Below, one piece after another: positions 1-7,315 of a stretch of DNA of 60,867 nucleotides (the first letter of the stretch is position 1; each line of letters starts with the position of its first letter). The notes beneath the pieces are model-generated. The model was not told the origin of the DNA and did not search any database. It was given only the letters and a program-made list of their open reading frames with translations. The DNA comes from Gaiellaceae bacterium (lineage in GTDB: Bacteria; Actinomycetota; Thermoleophilia; Gaiellales; Gaiellaceae): contig DATIFC010000161.1 in NCBI GenBank assembly GCA_035455445.1, forward strand, positions 1 to 60,867, in the 5' to 3' direction. Both the position numbers and the translations under genes were made by a program.

Positions 1-567
1 GCCGAGCTCGGGGTGGGCGAGCAGGCGCCTGGCGGTCAGGGCGCCGACCCGGCCGGCGCCGACGATCAGGGTCGGCCTGAGCGCCTCGCCGTGGCGGCGG
101 GCCATCAGCTGCGTCCAGTCGAAGGCGACGCGGCCGGCGGCCAGGTACACGGCGCTGAAGGCGAACAGGCGCAGGGCCTGGGAGGCCAGGTCGTCGACGT
201 CGCCCGGGAGGAGGATGCGGAGCGAGAGGACGGCCATCGAGGCGAGCGCCGTGGCGGTGACGACACGCCTCAGACTGTCCAGCGCCGACAGGCGGAGCCG
301 CCAGTCGTAGAGCCCTCGGCGCGCGAGGATCGCGACCGTCAGGCCCGAGTAGACGAGCAGCCAGACCGGCGAGGTCTCCACGATGCCGGCCTTGGCGGCG
401 GTCAGCTCGGAGACGAGCGCCGCCGCGAGCAGCATCAAGCCGTCGAGGAGGAGGGCTCCCCGCGCCCACGAGCCGAGCCCGTGATGGCGCCACGCGGTAG
501 CGACGCCCTCGGGCCTCAGCGGCTCGAGCGCGGGAAGCGCCTCAGCGTTCAGCGGGCGAGAGGCCAT
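1..567 (-). CDS. Initiating polyprenyl-phosphate sugar-phosphate transferase (WbaP/EpsB-like), N-terminal 189 codons; gene continues beyond window start
   Basis: Not in the ORF track because it is open at the window edge. Reverse-strand translation from ATG (565-567) reads MASRPLNAEALPALEPLRPEGVATAWRHHGLGSWARGALLLDGLMLLAAALVSELTAAKAGIVETSPVWLLVYSGLTVAILARRGLYDW...ALRPTLIVGAGRVGALTARRLLAHPELG without a stop. Several TM helices followed by a LIVGAGxxG Rossmann-like segment is the usual N-terminus of large bacterial sugar transferases. The catalytic domain lies outside the window. Confidence 0.55.
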   Translation of the reverse strand, partial: MASRPLNAEALPALEPLRPEGVATAWRHHGLGSWARGALLLDGLMLLAAALVSELTAAKAGIVETSPVWLLVYSGLTVAILARRGLYDWRLRLSALDSLRRVVTATALASMAVLSLRILLPGDVDDLASQALRLFAFSAVYLAAGRVAFDWTQLMARRHGEALRPTLIVGAGRVGALTARRLLAHPELG

Positions 568-603
568 GCCGCAGCCTGGTTACGCTCTCTGTCCGTTACC
601 TGT

Positions 604-966
604 CTAGTGCCGCTGCCGGTGACCGAGCTTCCGCAGGGTCGTGCCGGCGCCGATCAGCAGCACGCCGCCGACGGCCATGAGCGCGAGGTCGAGCCCGGTG
701 AACGGGAGCCCGCCCGACGTCTTCACGGCCTGCGCGCCCAGCGCCTGCTGGACGGCGCCCTGCACGCCGACGTGCGGGTAGCCCTGCACCGCCGCGTACT
801 TGAGGGCGGCCTGCAGCTCGGCCTTCGAGTACTGGTGGTCGAGCCGGCCGTTGTCGGCATAGTCACGGTAGATCTGCTGCGGGGTGGCAGCCACTGCCGC
901 AGGCGCGGCGACCACCATGCCCACCGCGCAGGCGAGCACCCCAAGAACGATCAATCGACGCCACAT
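604..966 (-). CDS. Small secreted LPXTG-type sortase-substrate protein (about 120 aa)
   Basis: Lies inside track ORF 604..1110. Started at the internal ATG (964-966) because GGGAGGAGGAGGG lies 8 nt upstream on the coding strand (complement of 975-987). MWRRLIVLGVLACAVGMVVAAPAAVA looks like a signal peptide. The C-terminus GGLPFTGLDLALMAVGGVLLIGAGTTLRKLGHRQRH is LPxTG + hydrophobic span + basic tail. Confidence 0.6.
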   Translation of the reverse strand: MWRRLIVLGVLACAVGMVVAAPAAVAATPQQIYRDYADNGRLDHQYSKAELQAALKYAAVQGYPHVGVQGAVQQALGAQAVKTSGGLPFTGLDLALMAVGGVLLIGAGTTLRKLGHRQRH

Positions 967-1121
967 GATGCTGTCCCTCCTCCTCCCTGACCTTTCGATC
1001 AGGGTTTCCGAAACGCCTACCGGACCTTCCCCAGTCCGGCACCTGCCGCAGAATGCCCATCGTGCCCGAATTTCAATCCGTATTTCCGCCGGACTCTGCG
1101 CTCCGGCCACTCACAACGTAG

Positions 1122-3026
1122 TTGGGTTCAGACCCTGTAGCAAGGGTTAGTGTCTCCCGTCCTTCGCTCTCAGCGGAGAACGTCTCGGCGGCCCGTTCGC
1201 TTCCCTCGATCTTGCTGCTGGCGGCGACGTGCGTGCTGGCCTGGTCCGAGACGGGCTCCATCGACGCGAGAGACTGGCTGCTGTACGCGATCTTCGCCGC
1301 GCTCCTGCTCGCACTCGTGCTGGCCGTCGGCGCGGCGGCGGTCCCGCCGCGCGCGGCGCTCGTCGGGACCGGCGCGCTGCTGCTGCTCGCGGTCTGGCAG
1401 GCGATCTCGGCGGCCTGGTCGCCGCTGCCCTCGCTCGCCCGGGACGACGCGCTGCTGACGCTCTTCTACCTGGCGGCCTTCGCGGTCGCCCTGCTCACGG
1501 TCCGCGGGGGGCCCGAGGGACTGGCGGTCACGGCGGGCGTGGCGGCGGTGGGCGGCGGGCTGGCGATCGCGACCGCGCTGGCGGTGCGCTACGGGGCGAG
1601 CCCGGACAGGTACTTCGTCGGGGACGGCCGGCTCGCCTGGCCGGTGACGTACCCGAACGGCGACGCGGCGATGTTCCTGGTCGGGCTCTGGCCGGCCCTC
1701 GTGCTCGCGGCGGAGCGGCGGCTGCCGAGCATCCTGCGCGGGCTCGCGCTCGGGCTCGGCGCCGCCACGCTCGCCGGATGGCTGCTAACGCAGAGCAAGG
1801 GCGGCGGGGTCGCGCTCGCCATCTCGGCGGTCGTCGTCCTCGCGGTCAGCCCGCAGCGGCTGCGGCTGCTGGTGCCGGCGGCGATCGCGGCGGTGCTCGT
1901 CGGCCAGCAGTTCCGGCCGCTGACGGCGCCCTTCAACGCAGGGCCCGAGCTCGTGCCGACCGCCAGGCACGGCGCCTTCACGCTCTTCTGGCTGGTGGCA
2001 GCGGCGGTCGTGGCGGGAACGATCTACGCGCTGCTCGACCGGCGGATCGTGCTCTCGGCGCGCGCGCACCGCGTCGCCCAGCTGGCCGTGGCCGCGCTGG
2101 TCGTGGCCTCCGTCGTGGCGGCGGTGGCGGCGTTCTTCGGCTCGGTCGACCACCCGGGCCGCTACGCGGCGGACAAATGGCACTCGTTCAAGCACCTGCC
2201 GCGCAACGAGCAGGCGCGCACGCACTTCGTCAGCCTCGGCTCGAACCGCTACGACTTCTGGCGCGTGGCGCTCGACGAGTTCCGCCACCACCCCGCCGCG
2301 GGAATCGGCGGCCGCGGCTTCGGGCCCGCCTACCTCGTCGATGGCCGCAGCACGGAGACGCCCGCCAGGGCGCACTCGATCGAGCTGGACGCGCTCAGCG
2401 AGCTCGGCGTGCCTGGCCTGCTGTTGCTCATGGCCGGCCTCGGCGGCCCGCTCGTCGTCTGCTTCCGGCGGCTGCGTCTGCGCGAGCCGACGGCGCTGGC
2501 GGCGTTCGCGACCGCCGCGTACTGGATCGTGCACGCCTCGGGCGACTGGAACTGGACGATCCCGGCGGTCGGCCTGCCGTTCTTCGTGCTGCTCGGCGCG
2601 GGCGCGGCCGGCCGGGAGGGCGTGCTGCGCCCATGGGCGGCGTGGGCCGGCGCCGCGGTCGCCGCCGCGGTCGCGGTGCTCGCCTTCGCGCCCCCGTGGC
2701 TCTCGGCGCGCCTCTCGGACCAGGCCCTCGGGCACTCGGGGTCACGGGCGACCGACCTGCGCTGGGCCCGCCGCCTCGATCCCCTGTCGGTGCAGCCATA
2801 CTTCGTCGCGGCCCAGACGGCCCGCACGCCCGACGCCGCGATCGGCCCCCTCAGAAGGGCGGTCGAGAAGCAGCCGCGCTCGGCGGAGGCGCGCTACGAG
2901 CTCGGGCTCGCCTACGAGCGGGCCGGCCTGCGGCGGGACGCGCGCGCCGAGCTCCGGCGTGCACTGGCCCTGAGCCCTCGCGCCGAGGAGATCCGGGATG
3001 CGCTCAGACGTGTCCGTGGGCACTAG
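1122..3026 (+). CDS. O-antigen ligase/polymerase family (Wzy_C) polytopic membrane protein with C-terminal TPR-like tail
   Basis: Track ORF of 634 aa with many hydrophobic spans. The loop ARAHSIELDALSELGVPGLLLL is typical of Wzy_C/WaaL-family proteins. The C-terminal AEARYELGLAYERAGLRRDARAELRRALALSP looks like a TPR repeat. Start (TTG 1122) is uncertain. Confidence 0.65.
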   Translation: MGSDPVARVSVSRPSLSAENVSAARSLPSILLLAATCVLAWSETGSIDARDWLLYAIFAALLLALVLAVGAAAVPPRAALVGTGALLLLAVWQAISAAWSPLPSLARDDALLTLFYLAAFAVALLTVRGGPEGLAVTAGVAAVGGGLAIATALAVRYGASPDRYFVGDGRLAWPVTYPNGDAAMFLVGLWPALVLAAERRLPSILRGLALGLGAATLAGWLLTQSKGGGVALAISAVVVLAVSPQRLRLLVPAAIAAVLVGQQFRPLTAPFNAGPELVPTARHGAFTLFWLVAAAVVAGTIYALLDRRIVLSARAHRVAQLAVAALVVASVVAAVAAFFGSVDHPGRYAADKWHSFKHLPRNEQARTHFVSLGSNRYDFWRVALDEFRHHPAAGIGGRGFGPAYLVDGRSTETPARAHSIELDALSELGVPGLLLLMAGLGGPLVVCFRRLRLREPTALAAFATAAYWIVHASGDWNWTIPAVGLPFFVLLGAGAAGREGVLRPWAAWAGAAVAAAVAVLAFAPPWLSARLSDQALGHSGSRATDLRWARRLDPLSVQPYFVAAQTARTPDAAIGPLRRAVEKQPRSAEARYELGLAYERAGLRRDARAELRRALALSPRAEEIRDALRRVRGH

Positions 3027-3038
3027 TACGCTGCGACG

Positions 3039-4043
3039 GTGAGCAAGAGGGCTCTTGTCACGGGGGGCGCGGGGTTCATCGGGTCTCACCTGGCCGACCG
3101 GCTGCTCGCCGACGGGTGGGAGGTCTTCGCGCTCGACGACGTCTCCACCGGCTCGCTCGAGAACATCGCCCACCTGCGGGACCGTCCGGACTTCCACCTC
3201 GTGGTCGACTCGGTGCTCTCACCGTCGGTCGTCAGCGAGCTCGTGCACAGGTGCGACGTCGTCTTCCACCTGGCGGCCGCGGTCGGCGTCCGTCTGATCG
3301 TCGAGCAGCCCGTGCACACGATGGTCACGAACGTCCAGGGCACGGAGACGGTGCTCGGCTACTGCAGCAAGCTCGGCAAGCGCGTGCTCGTCGCGTCGAG
3401 CTCCGAGGTCTACGGAGACCACCGGGAGGAGCGACCGCTCTCGGAGACGGACCGGCGCGTGTACGGGCCGACGACGGAGAAGCGCTGGCTCTACGCCGAC
3501 TCCAAGGCGATGGACGAGCACCTCGCGCTGTCGTACCACCTCGAGCGGGGGCTCGACGTCGTGGTGGCCCGCCTCTTCAACACCGTCGGCCCGAGGCAGA
3601 GCGGCCGCTACGGGATGGTGATCCCGCGCTTCGTCGAGCGTGCGCTCGCCGGGGAGCCGCTCGAGATCCACGGGGACGGGACGCAGACGCGGTCCTTCTG
3701 CCACGTCGCCGACACCGTGCGGGGGCTGTGCGGCCTGATGGACGCGCGCGAGATCTCCGGCGAGATCTTCAACGTCGGCTCCTCGGAGCGGGTCAGCATC
3801 CTCGAGCTGGCCGAGCGCGTGAAGGCCGCGGCGGGCAGCGACTCCCCGATCGAGTTCGTCCCCTACGAGCGCGTCTACGAGCAGGGGATCGAGGACACGC
3901 TTCACCGCGAGCCGGCCACCGCGAAGATCCGCGAGGCCATCGGGTGGCAGACGACGTACGACCTCGCCCGGATCATCGCGGACGTGATCGGGTATGCGCG
4001 CGACCGCAAGCCGGCGAGCGAGGAGCCTCTCGGCAGGGTCTAG
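3039..4043 (+). CDS. NAD-dependent nucleotide-sugar epimerase/dehydratase (extended SDR)
   Basis: Track ORF of 334 aa. Motifs: VTGGAGFIGSHL (GxxGxxG), SSSEVYG and YADSK (YxxxK). GTG start lies 12 nt after the upstream stop. Confidence 0.8.
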   Translation: MSKRALVTGGAGFIGSHLADRLLADGWEVFALDDVSTGSLENIAHLRDRPDFHLVVDSVLSPSVVSELVHRCDVVFHLAAAVGVRLIVEQPVHTMVTNVQGTETVLGYCSKLGKRVLVASSSEVYGDHREERPLSETDRRVYGPTTEKRWLYADSKAMDEHLALSYHLERGLDVVVARLFNTVGPRQSGRYGMVIPRFVERALAGEPLEIHGDGTQTRSFCHVADTVRGLCGLMDAREISGEIFNVGSSERVSILELAERVKAAAGSDSPIEFVPYERVYEQGIEDTLHREPATAKIREAIGWQTTYDLARIIADVIGYARDRKPASEEPLGRV

Positions 4044-4044
4044 C

Positions 4045-4743
4045 GTGCCGCGGCTGTCCGCCGCCCTCGGGTGGCTCGGGGTTCGCGGCGGGGAGCGGCT
4101 CGACGGGCACGTCGCGGTTCTGTCGCCCCACCTCGACGACGCGGTGCTCTCGCTCGGCGCGGGCATCGCCAGGGCCCGGGGGGAGGTGGCGGTCGTGACG
4201 GTGTTCGCGGGCGACCCCGACTCGATCCTTCCCGCCGGGGAATGGGACGCCCGCGCCGGCTTCCGCACGGCCGGCGAGGCGGCGCGCGCGCGGCGCGAGG
4301 AGGACGCCCTCGCCTGCGGCGACATCGGGGCGCGGCCCGTCTGGCTCCCCTTCGCCGACCACCAGTACCCACAGGACGGCGACGAGGTCGTGTGGTCGGC
4401 GCTCGAGCAGGCGCTCCGCGGAGCCGACACCGTCCTGGTGCCGGCCTTCCCGCTGATCCACCCCGATCACGTCAGGCTTCTCGACCTCGTGGAGCGCGAC
4501 GGGCTTCCTGGACGACGGCTCGGGCGGTACGTCGAGCAGCCGTACGCCTCCGCGTGGACCGACCGCTCGCCGGGCGGGGGGTGGCTGCCGCTGGCCGCGG
4601 GGCTCCCCGAGCGCGTGACCAAGCTGCGCGCCTGCCGGCGCTACGCCTCGCAGCTGCCGCTCCTGGGGCGGCGGGGGCCGATCCTCCGCAGGATGGTCGC
4701 CTACGAGGCAGCGCGCGGCGGCGAGCCGGTGAAGTGGTCGTGA
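4045..4743 (+). CDS. PIG-L/LmbE family N-acetylglucosaminyl deacetylase
   Basis: Same frame as track ORF 3994..4743. Motifs VLSPHLDDAVLSLG (PHxDD) and LIHPDHV (HPDH). I place the start at GTG 4045, directly after the epimerase TAG (4041-4043). Its TGA overlaps the next gene's start (GTGA). Confidence 0.7.
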   Translation: MPRLSAALGWLGVRGGERLDGHVAVLSPHLDDAVLSLGAGIARARGEVAVVTVFAGDPDSILPAGEWDARAGFRTAGEAARARREEDALACGDIGARPVWLPFADHQYPQDGDEVVWSALEQALRGADTVLVPAFPLIHPDHVRLLDLVERDGLPGRRLGRYVEQPYASAWTDRSPGGGWLPLAAGLPERVTKLRACRRYASQLPLLGRRGPILRRMVAYEAARGGEPVKWS

Positions 4744-6299
4744 GCGCCGAGGGGACCGCCAGGTTCGGGGCCGAGGCGACCACCGGCTCCTCGGTGGTGC
4801 GCGGAGGCCTCTGGAAGATGCTCAGCAACGCGCTTCCCCAGGTGTACGCGCTGGTGATCTCGATCGCCGCCGCGCGCTACCTCGGCCCGGACGGGATGGG
4901 TCGGCAGAGCTTCATCGCGTTCGCCGAGCTGTCGGTGATCGAGCTGCTCACGAGCGGCTTCGCGATGTCGCTCCAGCGCTACGTCGGCGAAGCCGTCGGC
5001 GCCGACCAGGGAGCGCAGGCGCGCTGGCTCGCGCGCGCGATCTTCCGGATCCTGCTCGTGGCGGCCGTGCTCGGAGGCGGTGTGCTCGTGGCGCTCGGAC
5101 TGCTCGGCCGCGAGCCCAGGGCGGCGTGGGTCTTCGCCGGGCTCGCCGTGGTCAGCGGCGTGCTGGCGAGCGTGCCGGGCGCCGTCCTGACCGGGCTGCA
5201 GCGCTGGCGCGACGCAACCCTGGCCGGGCTCGTGACCGGGGGCCTGGGCGCCGTCGCGACGGTCGTCGTGCTCGTGCTCGGCGGCCGGATCAGCGCGATG
5301 TTCGCCGTCGAGGCGGGCGTGCTGCTGCTCGTGCTCGTGTGGACGGGCGTGCTGGCCCGCAGCTCGCTGTCGGCCGTCTCGAGCGAGCTCACTCCCGCTC
5401 CCCGGCTGCGGCGCCGCAGCCTCCGCTTCGCCGCGTACTCCTCGGCGAGCGGGTTGCTGTACCTGATCGTGTGGAGGCGCTCGGAGTTCTTCTTCCTCAA
5501 CCACTACTCGCCCGACAGCCAGATCGCCTTCTATTCGATCGCCTTCGCCCTGGTGAGCGCTGTCGTGCGCCTGCCGTCCGCGATGGGACAGGTGCTCGCG
5601 CCCGCCGTCGCGACCCTGCTCGGCGCCGGAGCCCACGACCGGATCCGCAGGGGGTTCGGCCGCGCGTTGCGGCTGCTCCTGGTGGTGACGATGCCGGTCG
5701 CGGCCGCGACCGCCGCGCTCGGGCCGGAGACGATCCGCCTGGCCTGGGGCGCAGACTACGCGCCGGCGAGGGAGCCTCTCCTGATCATGGTCGCGGGGTC
5801 GCTGCTCACACCCGTGACCGTGCTCGCCTCGTCGCTGCTCGCGGGCCTCGAGCGCGTCAAGCTGCCCCTCGCCGCGACCGCGGCCGCGGCGGCGGTCGAC
5901 CTCGGCCTCGCGGCGGCCCTCGTCCCGCACCACGGTGCGGTCGGCGCCGCGATCGCGAACGCAGCGGCCCAGGCGGCGGCCGGGCTCCCGCTGATCGCCT
6001 ACTCCGCGCGCCTGGCCGGGCCGATTCGCGTGGGCTGGGGCGGGCTCCTCCGCTGTGCTGCCTTCTCGGCGGCCGGCGGCGCGGCGGCCTGGGGGGTTGC
6101 CGCCGTACTCGGCGGCGTCGCAGGGCTGATCCTCGGGCTCCTCGCGGGAACGACCCTCTTCCTCGCGCTCGGCGGGGCGGTGGGCCTGCTCTCGCGCGAG
6201 GACGCTGCCTGGGTCGCCGAGGTGCTCGGCCCGCGGGCCGGCGAGCTTCCGCGGCGCCTGGTGCTGGCGCTCGCCGTCCGCGAGCGCGGCCGGCGCTAG
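4740..6299 (+). CDS. Oligosaccharide/polysaccharide flippase (Wzx-like, MOP superfamily)
   Basis: C-terminal 519 codons of track ORF 4071..6299. From GTG 4740 (GTGA overlap with the PIG-L stop) the sequence turns hydrophobic: GLWKMLSNALPQVYALVISIAAARYLGPDGMGRQSFIAF, followed by about 12-14 TM spans. The part upstream of 4740 is Arg/Gly-rich shadow. Confidence 0.7.
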   Translation: MSAEGTARFGAEATTGSSVVRGGLWKMLSNALPQVYALVISIAAARYLGPDGMGRQSFIAFAELSVIELLTSGFAMSLQRYVGEAVGADQGAQARWLARAIFRILLVAAVLGGGVLVALGLLGREPRAAWVFAGLAVVSGVLASVPGAVLTGLQRWRDATLAGLVTGGLGAVATVVVLVLGGRISAMFAVEAGVLLLVLVWTGVLARSSLSAVSSELTPAPRLRRRSLRFAAYSSASGLLYLIVWRRSEFFFLNHYSPDSQIAFYSIAFALVSAVVRLPSAMGQVLAPAVATLLGAGAHDRIRRGFGRALRLLLVVTMPVAAATAALGPETIRLAWGADYAPAREPLLIMVAGSLLTPVTVLASSLLAGLERVKLPLAATAAAAAVDLGLAAALVPHHGAVGAAIANAAAQAAAGLPLIAYSARLAGPIRVGWGGLLRCAAFSAAGGAAAWGVAAVLGGVAGLILGLLAGTTLFLALGGAVGLLSREDAAWVAEVLGPRAGELPRRLVLALAVRERGRR

Positions 6300-7315
6300 A
6301 CCCCTCGCCGCCTGGCGGCGATCAGCGCCGCCCGCCCCCGCAGGCCACGGGCGCGGCCGACCGTCTCCAGGCCGTCGTCGCCGGTCGCGAACCGCAGCTT
6401 GTACGGCTGGTCGCCGGGCCCGAGCCTGAACGCCGCAGCGCCTTCCTCGATCGACCGCCGCACGGCGTGGGCAGCGACGAGGAGCCCCACGGACGAGCCG
6501 TCCTCGGCGGGATCGCGGCCGAACTGGTACGACCACTCGCTCTCTCCGAAGCGCAGGCCGTGGTAGGCGGCGACCGGCCGGCCCTCGAGCTCCATCAGCG
6601 ACACGCGCAGCCAGCCGCGCTCGAGGGCGACCCGCGAGAACTCGCGCTGGAAGGCCTCGCGCCCGGCGAACCAGCGCGAGGCCTGCTCGCCCCAGCGAGC
6701 GCGATGCAGCTCGAAGAGCACGTCGAGGGCGCCGTCGAGCTCGCCGGCGTCGCAGACCTCGCGGAACGACAGGCCGCGCTCGCGGAGCCGGCGCTTCTTG
6801 CGCCGCAGCTCCTGCCGGAAGTTGGAGCTGCGGGAGGCGAGGTAGTCGTCCCAGCTCTCCCATTGCCCGCGCACGACCGGATCCGCCGTCCGCCCGACGA
6901 GCGTCGCGCCGAGTCGGCTGGCCCAGCCGCTGCCCGGAAGGTGCTCGCCGATGAAGGCGTCCCACTCGCCGCGGGTCGCAGCCAGCGCCTCCCGCAGCAC
7001 CGCCGCCGCGGCTTCCCGGTCGGCCGGCGAGGCGATCGGGCCGAGCTCGTTCGAGGGCCCGAAGCCGAGGAACCGCGCCTTGCGCACGTAGCGGCCGCGG
7101 GTGACGACGAGCGGCACGATGGCGGCCGGCGTTCCGTCCTTCCGGCGGCTTGCGAAGAAGAGCTGCTCCAGCCCCGAGCCGATGTGGCCCAGCCACAGCT
7201 CGCACCACTCGGGTGTCGCGAAGGGATTCCCCGCAGCCTCGGCGAGCGCCGCCCACTCGGCGCGCACCTCGTCCAGGCCGCCGAGCGGCTCCAGGGTCAG
7301 GCCCCCTTCCGTCAC
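6296..7315 (-). CDS. GNAT-fold acyltransferase of the FemAB/CelD (Acetyltransf_6)-like type
   Basis: C-terminal 339 codons of track ORF 6296..8119 (VTEGGLTLEPLGGLDEVRAEWAALAEAAGNPFATPEWCELW...LHRARWGEQASRWF...WLRVSLMELEGRPVAAYHGLRFGESEWSYQFGRDP...). This resembles cellulose-biosynthesis CelD/BcsL-type GNATs. The GTG start overlaps the stop of the upstream gene (GTGA at 7312-7315). Confidence 0.6.
   Translation of the reverse strand: MTEGGLTLEPLGGLDEVRAEWAALAEAAGNPFATPEWCELWLGHIGSGLEQLFFASRRKDGTPAAIVPLVVTRGRYVRKARFLGFGPSNELGPIASPADREAAAAVLREALAATRGEWDAFIGEHLPGSGWASRLGATLVGRTADPVVRGQWESWDDYLASRSSNFRQELRRKKRRLRERGLSFREVCDAGELDGALDVLFELHRARWGEQASRWFAGREAFQREFSRVALERGWLRVSLMELEGRPVAAYHGLRFGESEWSYQFGRDPAEDGSSVGLLVAAHAVRRSIEEGAAAFRLGPGDQPYKLRFATGDDGLETVGRARGLRGRAALIAARRRGV

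Noticed and set aside
13-990. 325-aa plus-strand ORF at the window start
   Set aside because: It is antisense to two better-supported minus-strand genes (the sugar transferase N-terminus at 1-567 and the LPXTG protein at 604-966). Its composition is shadow-like.
1229-4198. 989-aa ORF (and similar giants at 4701..7586, 7101..9041, 9084..11354, 16779..19196, 29493..31757, 31478..33421, 34133..36151, 45498..47939, 46666..48708, 54835..56646)
   Set aside because: These ORFs are extremely Arg/Ala/Gly/Pro-rich with no recognisable motifs. Each lies out of frame or antisense to a gene with clear family signatures. They are typical stop-codon-poor shadow frames of very GC-rich DNA.
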